DNA of 64,000 bases, taken from Azolla caroliniana (taxonomy: Eukaryota > Plantae > Polypodiophyta). The notes under the pieces are model-generated. The model saw only the letters and a list, made by a program, of their open reading frames with translations, had not been told where the DNA came from and did not search any database. The position numbers and the translations under genes are program-made. The number at the start of each line of letters is the position of its first letter. Positions within the stretch are counted from its first letter, which is position 1. The stretch lies in NCBI GenBank assembly GCA_043228905.1, contig JBHGNT010000017.1, forward strand, positions 9,548,001 to 9,612,000. Direction: 5' to 3'. Positions 12,601 through 25,300 of the stretch are shown one piece after another.

Positions 12601-13942
12601 CGTAACCCGTTGCCCTCTAGCAAGGGTGCCATGACTGGCCTCACCTTTCAGTCCACAGTCTTGTACCTTGTATGCATGCAGGCCGTCCGATTCGACCTGA
12701 CCCTTTCCCCGAAGTCAATAATGACTTTGTACATTTCCACTAAGTTAACCGGAATCATCCGGTCTTCATTGAGGCCTTCTTCGATCACCTTCCCAATTTT
12801 CCCCGGGGTGTCGTTGCAAGAGACCGCCTCCATGGCACCACTAATTTCCTCATCGGGGGTGAGGACTCCACGTATCCTGAGTCGTTCCTCTGCCCGCTTC
12901 TTCTCCCGGCCAATGACGCCGGCTATCGTACAACCTCCGCTATCGGAGAACGAAAACTTCCGACCTATGGTACATGTGTGGGGATCCTCCGGGGTGTTCG
13001 AACTATCGCGGCCCCACACCTTGATAGAACTCTCTAAATATCCCCTTGGCTTTTGCCGTCGAGGGTCTCGTGATTGCGCTCATGGTTCGGTCGCACGGTC
13101 AGGAATTGGATGGAGTGTCATCCATCTTGGCTCTTCACGCGTGCGTACGCTGAACCGTTATCCAACACTTTCGTCTCCATACGCGCTGCCGTAATGTATG
13201 GTTCTCCGAGTATCACTGAATGCGAGGATGTCTCCTGCACAAAGAAGTGCTGGTCGATCTCGATATCCCCGATTTTCACCTGCACATTCGGGCAGTCCCC
13301 ATTTAGCTCCTCCGTGGCGCGCGTCACCGCTCGTATTTTCCACCCGTGCTTGGTGTTGATCGGCCACTTGCCTTTCTTCTAAAAGTCCATGGACATCAGG
13401 TTGATCTCTGAACCGTGGTCTACTAATGCCACCACCGACTCCTGGACGTGCCCGATCCTAACTGGGGTCTCCGTAGTGGCTCTTGCCCAGTGCAGCTGTG
13501 AATAGTGGCTTTCTGCCAACTCATCTTCTAGGGCCATGTCTTCTAGGTGCGTCGTTCGCACCTCCACCGGCCTCTCCGGTTCCGGCTCTGTCGAAAGCCT
13601 TTTCCGCTTCACCAAGTCCACGATGGAGTCATGGAATTCTTTCTTGGCGATCCCAACCACTTCCCTCAGCGACAACTCTACCTTGCTGTCAAGGATTCGT
13701 TCCTCAAGGACCTTCCGTAGGTCCGTCGTTCTTTCTATCTCGATGCACAACCGGTAGCCGACTTTCTTTGCTTGATCCGGTGTGCCAACATTACCGACGT
13801 CATGCTACTTCGGCCCAAATCGGGTCTTGTACCGTTGGAAAGATCTTCCGGCCTTTCCCGCATGCTTGTCTTCTACCAGAACTTCGTAGTTTTGGCACAC
13901 GACTTCCACAAAGCCGGTCTTTTCTTCGACTGGATCACTTCG

Positions 13943-14444
13943 TGTTGTTACGCTCATGCGTAGGAAATAAGGCGGGACCACGGGGAGAAAGAGAGAGACC
14001 CGTTGAAACACAGAGAGACAGAAAATGAAAGAATCAAATCCAATAAGAAAATAGATTATGTACAGTTTGCAATGTTACAACCGGAAAGCCAGTGATAAAA
14101 TCGACATAGAAGAACGCACGCCTTGAAATACGTGGTGGAGCCTCTACCGGAAGCACGCGGGCTTTCACGTAGTAGAGGCAGCCAACCTAACCCCAAAATC
14201 CCGGCAACAACGATGGTGGAGGAATGAGCTCGGTTCCTAGTCCGACATCACTTCGTCCTCTCTAAATGCCCGATCCCCACTCAGGTCCTTTCCCTCTCCT
14301 TTTATAGCACAAGGAGTGAGCCGTTTACAGACCGTTAAATCCCTGTTATTCTCTTCGATTCCCTACTTAATGAACTAGTGCTACCTAGGATAATTACATC
14401 GTCGGCCTGTACTAACTATGTATATAAATATATCAAAACATGTG
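13943..14444 (-). repeat. Truncated Gypsy-A LTR (probably the 5' LTR of the 9112 element)
   Basis: Near-identical to 9112-9600; breaks off at ..aaaacatgtg; joins directly to gag with no PBS. Confidence 0.75.
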
Positions 14445-17400
14445 GCTCGCTCTTCCGTCTGCAGGCTCTCGGTAGGCTGAGGCTCTGTCCTGTCCGTAAC
14501 TTCCTCAGTGTTGCCGGCCATAGTTGTCCTCTTCGGTGAATTGGGCTGAGGATCCTCCTGTTCAGCGGTATCACTTTCCGGTATCGTGATGGGCTCACCT
14601 CTTTGTCACGTGCTGCCTACCATAGTTGTTATCTCTTGTCAAGTGGGTTGAGGTTCCTCTTGTTCAGTAGTATCACTTTCTGGTATCGCGATGGGCTCTG
14701 CGGTTGGCCGCGTGCTGCTTGCTTGCATGATTCGGTGAAACATATCCTCCTGACTTTCGCTGAAATTGTCTAGTAGTTGTACGAGTTCCTCGGAGTGTTG
14801 GTCCGCTAACGTGCGATAATCTTGCGCTAGGTCCTCGCTCACTACCGCAATGCCTTCCTCATTGAGTTTGTAGAAACCTCGACCGTCTTTCCTACGGTTC
14901 TCCCAGTCCGCTTGGTAGGTATGCAACCCCGCCGCTTGTGTTGCCCATGCCATCCAGCCTTTGTCTAGCACCGCTTGTAATTGCGCCGTAAACCTCTCTC
15001 GATTTGTTTGAAGAAGTATGCGCACGTTGTCGGTTATTACTTGGCAGCAGTTTTGCGCTTCTTCTAGGGTTTTCTTGAGGTTTTTGATTTCTTGCTTCAT
15101 GACCACAACCGCTTCCTCATAATTGTTCTTCATTCCTGCCCATATCAAAGATTCCTTCGAGTGTAATTCCTCCAGCCGGCCCATTTCATTGTTCAGGTGA
15201 ATTTCGACCTGATGCCGCACCTCCTGTTCCTGTACGAACTGCTTGTCATACCACGCTTTCGTCTTTTCCAATAACGCATGGAATCCTATGATCCCCGTTT
15301 CCAAGTTTTGGGCTTCCTCCCGTAGTTTGGTGTTTTCTCTTTCGTGTGAGTGTGTGCCGCTACCTCCGCTTCGAGTTTCTCTTCGAGGGCCTTCATTGCC
15401 TTTCGGCCTTTGGCCCGGATGTCCTTTTCTTTGTCGGAAGTTTGGCGGAGTTCGGCACAGAGGCGGTCAATCTCGGATTCTGCTAGCTACACGGCTTCAA
15501 CCTCTTATCTTAGGGACTGGGCCTCGGTGGTGTTGTCTGTTGGTCGAGATTCCTGCTGCGCCGTAGTTACGTTCCGTTCGAACTGCGTGATGCGTTCGTT
15601 GGCATTTTGTAGCTTAGCTTGGGTCTGTTTAACCGTCTTCCAGACATTTTTGTTTTTAATCGCCATATCTTTGGCTCCGATACTGACCTTAGCCAGTTCC
15701 CTATGAACCTCGACGAGGGCCACGTTTAATGGGGGTAGTTAAATTCCCATTCGGCGTATAACGACATTCCACTGTCTGCCTACTCTGCCCCGCAACCCCT
15801 CATCCTCACTTTCCGCCGTTCTTGTTAGCGTGCAGTCAATCATTTGTTGTTCCACGTGCTCCTTAGCCATCCATTCTGAGACCTTTGTTTGTTGCGTCGC
15901 CAAAAATTACATGAGTTCGTAAGTAGTTCTGAACTGTAAAAGTGCGCCGGACTCATGGGTTGTGTCCGGTGTTGCGTTGTTACGCGCGTGCGTGGAGAAC
16001 GAGGCGGGACCACGGGGGCCTTGGACCAAGAAATAACTGAATGAGAAGTGGGGAAGGAAACTACCGATGTACTTCACACGCGCACAGACACACAGATTCA
16101 CAGGAGTTGCAACTAACTCTAAACAATGGAGACAGAACGAATGTATATGTATATATAAATCAAGGAGTTACAACCGGCAAGCCGGCGAGTGATAGGCTTA
16201 GATGCCTACACACACACACACGCGCATAGAACGCGAGATGGAGACTCTGCCGGAAGCACTCGGGCGTTTTGCGGAGCAGAGTCAGCCTCCCGAAAACCTG
16301 CACAGAACGACTATGGAGACGACATAGGAGAAGAGCTCGGTTCCAGTCCGGCAGCACTTAGTCCTCCACAAAACGCGATACCCTCTTTACAATACCTCTC
16401 CCTCTCTTTTATAGCCCAAGGAGGGAGGCCGTTACCACCCGTTACATCATGTTTATTCCCTGTCCTTTCGGACAGGGATAGGCCTCGATTTTCTCCCTAA
16501 TGAATGCGTGCTACCTAGGATTTCACCTCAGCCGACTTGTACCTATCTACGTACTATACAACAAAACTTGTGCCCACGTGTAAGGGCCGGTTTACGCATG
16601 TTATACCCAGTTTCCACCTAGGGACGGTTTTCTCCACGACACCGGAATGTCGGGATACTTCAGGACTTCACTTGCCATCGTAAACACTCCTTTCCCCGGC
16701 TTTGACTGGGCCGTAATAATCGGCCGTGGTTCTCGGATTATTTCGAAAGTGGTGTTGGGCTCCGTAGCTGCGGAACTATCGACCAAGGCGGTCGTGTTTG
16801 TGTCCTCGGCTTTCCTGGCGTTGCTCGGCTTCCTACTCCTGTGGAGCTTCCTCCCTGCTCGCCGACCGTTCTCCCTATGTTGTCCGTGTGCTGGCCTGGG
16901 AAGATTGGGGTTCATCTTCCCATTCCGTGGTAGCCAACTCTGCTAACCTCCGTTTCGCGGAACGTGGCGGTAGCGTGGGTTTGTTGGGTTGTGGTGCGGG
17001 CAGACCTCGGGGTGGAAATAGTATCGTCAGATACTGTTGTATGATTGGCCTTAGCTTTTTGCTGCCTTGATACGTGTGCATGCCTTCCCGTAACGCTAGT
17101 CCCGTAATTACCCCCCAATCGACCGCGCGCCCTTCAAAGGTATCAATGATGATGCCTGCCTTTTGCTTTGGCATCCCATAGGCATTTACATGCACGCATC
17201 CTACCTCCAACAAGAACTTGGCTATTTCGTGAAAGAAGGGGTCACGGATTTCCTTCATCTTGTATGCTTTGGTGGACGCCGAATATGCCCCGAAATATCT
17301 CTACAAGGTTTTCGTAGGAGGGATGTCGAAATGTCTTTCTCCAAGCGATGACAAGTCAAGCTTCTTCCGGATGGATGCGTTGGTGACCATGTCTATATTG

Positions 17401-17770
17401 AGTTTCCTAGCAATGTCCAGGGCTTCAGGATGAGCAGGTGCCTCGGGGACTTTGATGTATCCATCCAGTCGCTTTTCGACAAGCCATCTACGCAAGGTGG
17501 CAGAAATAGTGATCGGCATTGTAGGTGGGTGAGACTCGTGGGGAGTGGGTGAGGTTTGCTGGCTATGGCGAACGTGGGCTCTGTGGTATGATGGAGAGGA
17601 AGGTGAGTGAGGAGAGCGACAAGAGCAAGGAGGGTTAGAGGCTGAAGATTGGTTTCTGTACTGTGCAAAAGACCTTCTATTTTGTTCTTTTTGTGGCCTA
17701 GGGTTCATTGATCTGTGAGCCATCGTGGTGCCGCGTGTTCTTGCTCTAGAAGTTTGTGCATTCATCAAGT
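14445..17770 (-). pseudogene. Gypsy-B accessory ORF downstream of pol (conserved N-domain, Pro/charged linker, coiled coil), disrupted
   Basis: ORF pieces 17301-17768, 16875-17258, 15505-15723 and 14639-15304; homologous to 33166-35545. Confidence 0.7.
15970..16641 (-). repeat. Gypsy-A solo LTR
   Basis: TGTTG...CGACA with 4-bp TSD CCGG at 15966-15969 and 16642-16645; related to 9112-9664. Confidence 0.88.
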
Positions 17771-18963
17771 CCTTTTAATAGCGTTACTATCTTCTCTTCT
17801 CTCTCTTTTTTTTTCCTTGTAACGGTTACATAGAATATTACTGTTACATTATAATACAGGTGGGTCCCTTTTAATGAATTAATCCACGGATTCTTTGGCC
17901 GTGTCGTTTACGGCGTGGAACGGGTTTGGAGGCACTGGTCCTAGGTAGGGTTTTAGTCGAAAACCATTCACTTTTAGTCGTAACACTTCTCCGGCTAGGG
18001 TGCCTAGTTGAAATGTGCCGTTTTCTGCGCCAACTATCTAGTACGGCCCCATCCAGTGGAATCTTAATTTTCCTGGCATTTGTCCCATCCGTGTTTGAAA
18101 GACTAAGACCGTTTTGCCGACCACAAAATCTTTTTCACATGCATTTCGATGCCGGTCCATGAATGCTTTACGCCGACGCTGCTCTTGTTCCAATATGGCC
18201 ATGCTTCGTAATCATGTCTCGCCTAGTTCGAGTAGCTGTTGTAGCCGTATTTGCTCGGATTTGTCCTCTGGCAACCAGTCTCGTACTTGAATTTGTAGAC
18301 TGGGTACTTGAAATTCGGCTGGCATTACGGCCTCCAGCCCAAATGCTAGCCTGAAAGGCATGGATTGTATGCTGGTCTTATAGCTGGTTTGGTATGCCCA
18401 TAACGCGTTGTGCAATTTGGTATCCCAATCTGTTCTATTCTCATTGACTATCTTTTTGAGGATAGTTTGCATGTGTTCGTGAATTCGGCTAAGCCATTTG
18501 CCTGTGGGTAATACGGCGTACTATTTTTGTGGACCATGGTGTAGTGTTGGGTCAGTTCGCTGATGACCGTATTCAGAAAGTGACTCCCTTGTGCAGTAAT
18601 CCGTAGCCACCAGGATATACTTATTGCTGGTTCGGGCAACCGCCGGTGTAAAGAGCCACACAAAATCGAGCCCCCACTTTTGGAAAGGATCCCACGGCAA
18701 CACCGGTTGATGTGGCATTCTCGCAACTTCCGTAGGCTGGCCCATCCGTTGACATAAATCGCATTGTTTGCAATATTCATACGCATCCTTTTGCGTAGTT
18801 GGCCACCAAAGTCCTGCCTGCTAGATTTTCAGAGCCGTAACATCACCTCGTAATGTCCTCTCGCCATACCACAGTGAGCTTCACGTAAAACCGTTGCCAT
18901 CTCATCCTAATGTATTCCGCGCCGCCAGATGCCGTCACTGCCTTTCTGATATAGGATGTCTTC

Positions 18964-20088
18964 TGTTAGGACCTCGGTCCCTCCGGATGGGATGATGCAG
19001 ACCCCGTGAGAACTGGATGACTAGTACCTAGCAAGGAAGACCTAGTGAGAACCGGATATGGAAGGCCCGGTGAGAACCGGATGACGAGTACCCGACAAGG
19101 ACGACCCAGTGAGAACCGGATGTTGCAGGCCCGATGAGAACCTCTCATCGGATGAAGGGACATATATGTAAATATGTTCTAGAGATCCCACTGGAGCTAT
19201 ATTTCTAAATATCCCGAAAGTCATATTAGTATAAATATGACCTAGGGAAAACTCAATGGGATCTGGCAAGAGGAATACCACCTCTACTGCGACAGTCAAA
19301 GTGCCATCCACCTTGCAAAGAACGCGGCATACCATTCTAGAACGAAGCACATCCAGCGCAGGTACCACTGGAGCGAGTAGAAGATCGAGAGTTCATGCTG
19401 ATGAAGATCCACATGGAGGAGAATGGGTCGGATATGCTGACCAAGGTGCTGACACCTGACAAGCTACACGCATGCCGGAAGCGAATTGGATTAACCAGAC
19501 ATCCCATGCCGAAGTGAAGGGGGAGTTTGTTAGGATCTCGGTCCCTCCGGATGGGATGATGCAGACCCGGTGAGAACCGGATGATGAGTACCCGGCAAGG
19601 AAGACCCGGTGAGAACCTCTCATCGGATGAAGGGACATATATGTAAATATGTTCTAGAGAGCCCACTGGGGCTATATTTCTAAATATCCCGAAAGTCATA
19701 TTAGTATAAATATGACCTAGGGCAAACTCAATGGAGTGTATCATAGAGTTATTGGTGTAACTTCTGTACAGAGTGTAAGAGAGAGAGTGAGAGCGATACA
19801 GAGTGGGTGTCTTTGCTGTAACTGCCGCCAGCCGAAGGTTGAGAGCACGAGGTCGTTGCCTCTGTGCTCCTCTGTTATATTATCTATACATAGTGATAGT
19901 TTGGGGTCTGTGGGCTCCTGTGGTTTTTCCCGTCTAGGGTTTCCACGTTAACATACTGTGTACCCTCTCTCATATTGTCTGGATATATGTGCATTTACCC
20001 TCATTGCCCATTTCTTCTGTGGTTGTGATTGTAACAAAGTGATTGAAGTCTCGGTTGTGGCCGAGCATTATTCTGCGTATTCATTACA
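18964..20088 (+). mobile_element. Copia-E internally deleted derivative (partial 5' LTR, RNase H tail, PPT, full 3' LTR 19528-20088)
   Basis: TSD TCTTC at 18959-18963 and 20089-20093; YCDSQSAIHLAKNAAYHSRTKHI; PPT GAAGGGGGAG; removal restores the host frame FCLVEDILYQKG. Confidence 0.88.
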
Positions 20089-22398
20089 TCTTCAACTAAA
20101 CAGAAATTACGACTCCAGACGACCAACCGTTTTTTCTCGTCCTTCCTTAATTGTGGTGGAGGTAACCTCGTGGTCAGAAAGTAGGTCATTTCCATCAACC
20201 TCCGATCCGGAAAAGTCTTTTCTGTTCTTGTTGCTAAGGTTCTGTTCCGCGTTTCACGCTCCACTGTGGAATAGTTACGCTCAACTGTTGATAGTTTCCA
20301 GATGGCGTAGTACACTGGTCTGTACCAATTCGGCTCCATGAGTTGCATCAATGCACTACCTATTGCTATATCCGAGGCATCCACAAATCTAGTGAGTGTA
20401 CAACTAATGCTTGCGTTAGCATTATTTTTAGCGCATCATACACCTTTTCTTTCGTTGCTGTCCATTTGAAAGGAGTACGGTGGATGGCGACATGTAATGG
20501 TGTGGCGAAATCCGCGAAATAGCGTATCATCCGATTGTGCGATCGTATTTGTCCTAGAAACTAGTTGAGTGCTTTCGCATTTGTTGGCGTTTTTGCATGA
20601 GTAATCGCGGAGATTTTGTTTGGATCTACCGCTATCCCCTCCTTACTGACTATGTGGCCGAGGAGGGCTCCACTGGTGACGCCGAAGGCGCCTTCGGCGG
20701 GATTCAGGCTTAAGCATGAAGTTCAGCAACGCTCCAGGCAAAGCCGCAGATGCGTAAAATGTTCGGATGTTATCCCATACATACACTGCAAAATCGTCTA
20801 AAAAGACCTTCATGAAAGCGGGTATATATTCCAAAAAAATCTCCGTGATTGTCCGCTGAAATGTAGTCGGCGTCGTCTTTAGCCCAAACATCATGACGAC
20901 TGCGACATAAACTCCCTAGTTCATGACAAACGCCGTCTTTTCTTGGTCGTCAGGATGCATGCATACTTGATTGTACCCACTAAAGCCGTCTAGAAAGTTG
21001 TACATGTCATGCCCTACAACTGCATCCAGTACATTGTCGGTGAAAGGTAAAGGGAATGCATCTGTAATAGTTACTGCGTTCAATTTCTGGTAGTCCACGC
21101 ACACACATATTTTTCCATTTTTCTTTGGTACAACTACTATCGGGCTTAGCCATGTAGCTTGCTTGACTGGTCGAATGAATCTGGCCTTGAGAAGTTTGTC
21201 AATTTCCTCTTTTACGCGAGCTGCATAATTCGGATTCATGCGGTATCGACGCTGCTGGACTGGTTTCGCATCGGTTGCTAAATTGATCTTATGTTGATAG
21301 AACTTCAGATCTAATCCCTTCATGTCCTTGTGGGACCAAGCAAACACATCTTTATACTCCTTGAGCAGTGCTATCATCTCCTCTCTCTGATCCAGTAGTA
21401 ACTATTTTGTGATGGAGAGGAGTCGGGGGTCTGATGTAGTTCCTACGTTAACTTCTTCTAGGGCTGAGGCAGCGACTCGTCGTGAAATTTCCATTTCCTT
21501 CTCGAACGCTACCCGTGCTCTGCTTAATTCCATTATCGACTTTGGGTTTGGTTCATAACCCTCTTCGTGAAGTGAAGTAGGCATAGCGTAATCCGCCACA
21601 GTTTCTATTACGTCGATTTCGAATAGCAAAATGATTCGGAGGTGCTCGTCCAGGTATGCTTCCAACTCTGTATCATCCACCCCATCCAACATATTTATAT
21701 CTTCCGCGTATAATGGTGTTATCCCCTTTGGTTGTGTTGTCATTTCTTCTATGGGTACGCGAACCTTGGTGCGTCCTCGTCGAAAACTGATGCACTTATG
21801 TTGCCAGCTCTGTTTGATATTCGCCGAATGAAGCCAAGGTCTGGCAAGCAGCATTGGATACACTCCCAGAGTGTCGAGGGTGAGGACTACCGCCGAGATG
21901 TGGAAGTGATGTCTGCCAATGATGATGCCTAATTTTCGGATTAAACCCTAAACCCTAACTAAGCGGGTATCCACCATGTGAAGCCAAAACGGGCAAGCTT
22001 CCCATTCTGAAATTCCCAATTGTTCGCATGTCTTCGCGTTAATTACATTGATGCCAGAGCCCCCATCGATTACACATCCTATGATTTCCTGACCGTGTAA
22101 TACCAACTTAATAGTTGGATTGTAGTGATCCACCACCGTTGGTCCGTCGTTGGTGGCCGTAAAATTGGCAGACACACTTACCCCAGGTCTACTCGTTATG
22201 TGATCCTCTACGGCTTGGCGGAATCGTGGAACTAATTCGAAGCCTGCCAATGCTTGCCATATGGGATCCAGGGATATTATGTCTTCCTCCAATGGCCCAA
22301 CACTGTTTGCGGACTCCTGACGCATGCACTCCGTATTGGCCGCGTTCGCTTTTTCGACCCATGCTTGGGCCGTCTTACGTATCTCATCTTGCACGGCC

Positions 22399-25300
22399 TG
22401 TAAAAGAATACGTTCTGCGGAAGTGTGTGCGTAAGACACAGAGTGCACAGTTCGGGAGAATAAGACAGTTAGGTAAAACACAGAAAATGCAGAGATGGAG
22501 AGGGAGAGACAGAGAGAGCAGACAATTCAGCTCTATTTCAAAATAATGACGCTCTGTACACACACCGTGCTCAGTGAGCACCTTTTATACAAGCCCTGAC
22601 TATCGGGCTAACATAAGTACTAACACTACTTGAATGCTCATAAATGAGCCTGCTACACTAACTCCCAAAATTATTCCTTACGAGGAATACCATACTAACG
22701 GCCTTCCCGTTTACGCACCGATACGGCCACGTTATGCGTACTATTTTACGCACCCAGTCTACACACTGGGTTACGCAACATATTACGCACTCAATGTTGA
22801 GCTTGTCACTCAACACTCACCCTCAAGCTCAACTTGAGGTTCCGCTTGCTCTGCCAGATCTATGCTCCGGTTCCTTCTGGCTTCATGCCTCGTTCGCGCT
22901 CCTCGACCCATTCGATTCCGCACACTTCGACCCTTTCGACCGGCTTGTCTGCTCGTTCGGCCCTTCTCAGTGCCCTTGTTGTCGCGGTGTCGGCGCGTCC
23001 TTCACTGCCCTTTTCTCCGCATGGCCTCCAGTTGATTCGGTGTATCGGAATCGAACATTTCGATTGAATCAAACACTTCCAATTCAATTCCGCTCTCATC
23101 CAAATTGGCTGTCTCCAATTCGTCTCCTTTCTTTAGGCCTATGACTACATCAGACCACGTCTTAGTCTTGGCCTTATCTCCTACTGTTTCGGCTGTCCTC
23201 AGCTCCTTCTTATGCTTACGGCCCTTGCTTCCGTCTTCGGCTTCTTCAGTCGGTTTGAAGTCGAATTGTCCATCCGACTCCGCATCTCGGTCACTTCCGC
23301 CGTGATGCTTACCTCCTCTCCTTTCACACTCATGTCCCTATTCTTCCTTGCTCCATCTCAAGTTCGGCGTGTCGAGGTGACGCAACCCTAGCTCACCCGA
23401 GAAATGTCGTAACTTGTCGGGACCAAGAGGTTTTGTGAAGATGTCGGCAATCTGCCAATTAGTCGAAACATGCATCAATTCGACTTCTCCTAAAAGGACC
23501 TACTCGTGGACAAAATGGTATTGCACCTCAATGTGCTTGGTTCGGGCGTGGAACACGGGGTTTTTCGCAAGGTGGATACTGCTAAGGTTGTCGCAATAGA
23601 TTGTCGTCGGATTAGACACCTCTACCTGCAGATCCCGTAATACACGTCTCAGCCAAATGACTTTGCACGTAGCGATGGTCGCCCCTCGATATTCAGCCTC
23701 CGTGCTCGAGAACGCTACTGTTGGCCGCTTTTTGCTGCTCCACGTGATCGCCACACTTCCTAACGAGAATGCGTATCCAGATGTGGATCAACGATCGTGG
23801 GCGTTTCCAACCCAATCGGCATTCGTGTAGCCGACTAATTATTCGGCTATGCCTGCCTAATAAAACAACGCCATGTCTTTCATGCCGTTGACATAACGCA
23901 GCATCCATTGCATGCACTGAAAGTGTTCGGCCATAGGTTGCGAGATGAATTAACTGATTAAGCCGACCGGGTAGCTAAGATCCGGTCGAGTGATCGTCAA
24001 ATAGATGAGGGTTCCGACAATCCGTATTGGGTCGCACGCCTTGCCCGAATCTGGGCGAAGCTTCATGTTTCTATCCAGAGGGGTCGAGATGGGCTTACAG
24101 TTTTCCATCCCGAACTTGAAGAGCATATTGAACGCGTAATGATATTGGCTGATCAATATGCCTTCGGAGGTATGGACCACTTCGATCCCAAGGAAGTAAT
24201 GAAGGTCTCCGAGATCCTTCATTTCAAACGATGCCGCAAGCTGAGACTTCACGCGGCGGATTTCGTGAAGGTTTGCACCGGCGATGACTAAATCATCAAC
24301 ATACAAGAGTAGGCTGATCGGTCCATATTGTCCTTGCTGAACGAATAGAGAAGAGTCTGACTTTGACGACGCAAACCCCATCCTACGCAGCTGTTGCGTA
24401 ATCTTCGTGTTCCAGGCTCGCGGGACTTGCTTAAGTCCGTACAATGACTACTTCAATCGGCAAAGTGCCGAGGTGTTTTGTTTGGATAGAAATCCGGGGG
24501 GTTGTACCATGTACACTTGCTCCTCAAGATCACCTTGCAGGAACGCTTTCTTTACATCTATCTGATGTAAATGCCACCCCTTTGTCGTGGCTACGACTAG
24601 TAGGACTCACACGGTAGTCATCTTTGCGCGAAGGTCTCCTCATAGTCCACGTCGTGCTTTTGTGCGTAGCCTTTTGCTACTAAACGGGCCTTGTAGCGGT
24701 TGATGGAGCCATCCATGTTGTGTTTCACATTATCAGTCGATCGGCTTTACACCCTTCGGTGCGTCAACCAGGTCCCATGTCTCATTCTACGTTAAGGTAC
24801 ACATCTCTTCCTCCATTGCAGCACGCCAATTTGCGTCCTTCGCCACTTCTGCGTAGCTCTCCGGCTCACGCACTTCCGCCACTCGTGTCATGTACGCGTA
24901 ATGGTGCACCATGTACTCATTATACCCATATCTCTTTGCGGGGTTCTTCTGGCAGGTAGATTGGCATACTTCGTGATTACACGATTTCGTGACCTTTTCG
25001 GTCGATTTCGACCTCTTCCATGGAGTTTCCTTCTCGATTGGCTCAAGGTCAGATTCACTTCGAACTGACTCGGCACTACCAAAATCGTATTCCGGCGTCT
25101 TCTTCTTCCCCTTCTCCTTGTGCGTAAACCGTCTCCTCGGTTCTTTACATGGGAATATCACGACCGAGTCTCCACTACTCACCGTCTCATCATCTGGGTG
25201 GTCATCTCGGCCCAACCCCTCATACGGCCCGCTTAGTCGAAATGAGATCAGACTCTCTCTCAAAGCTCCGATTTCTTCATCGTGCGGAGGCATTTCAGCC

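Larger units (their letters stand above)
9112..14444 (-). mobile_element. Gypsy-A element, decayed, with gag/PBS deletion
   Basis: 3' LTR 9112-9664 followed by PPT-like GGGGGTGGA; integrase 9991-10746; RT 11508-12461; protease 13118-13750; second truncated LTR 13943-14444; left flank CCGG. Confidence 0.88.
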
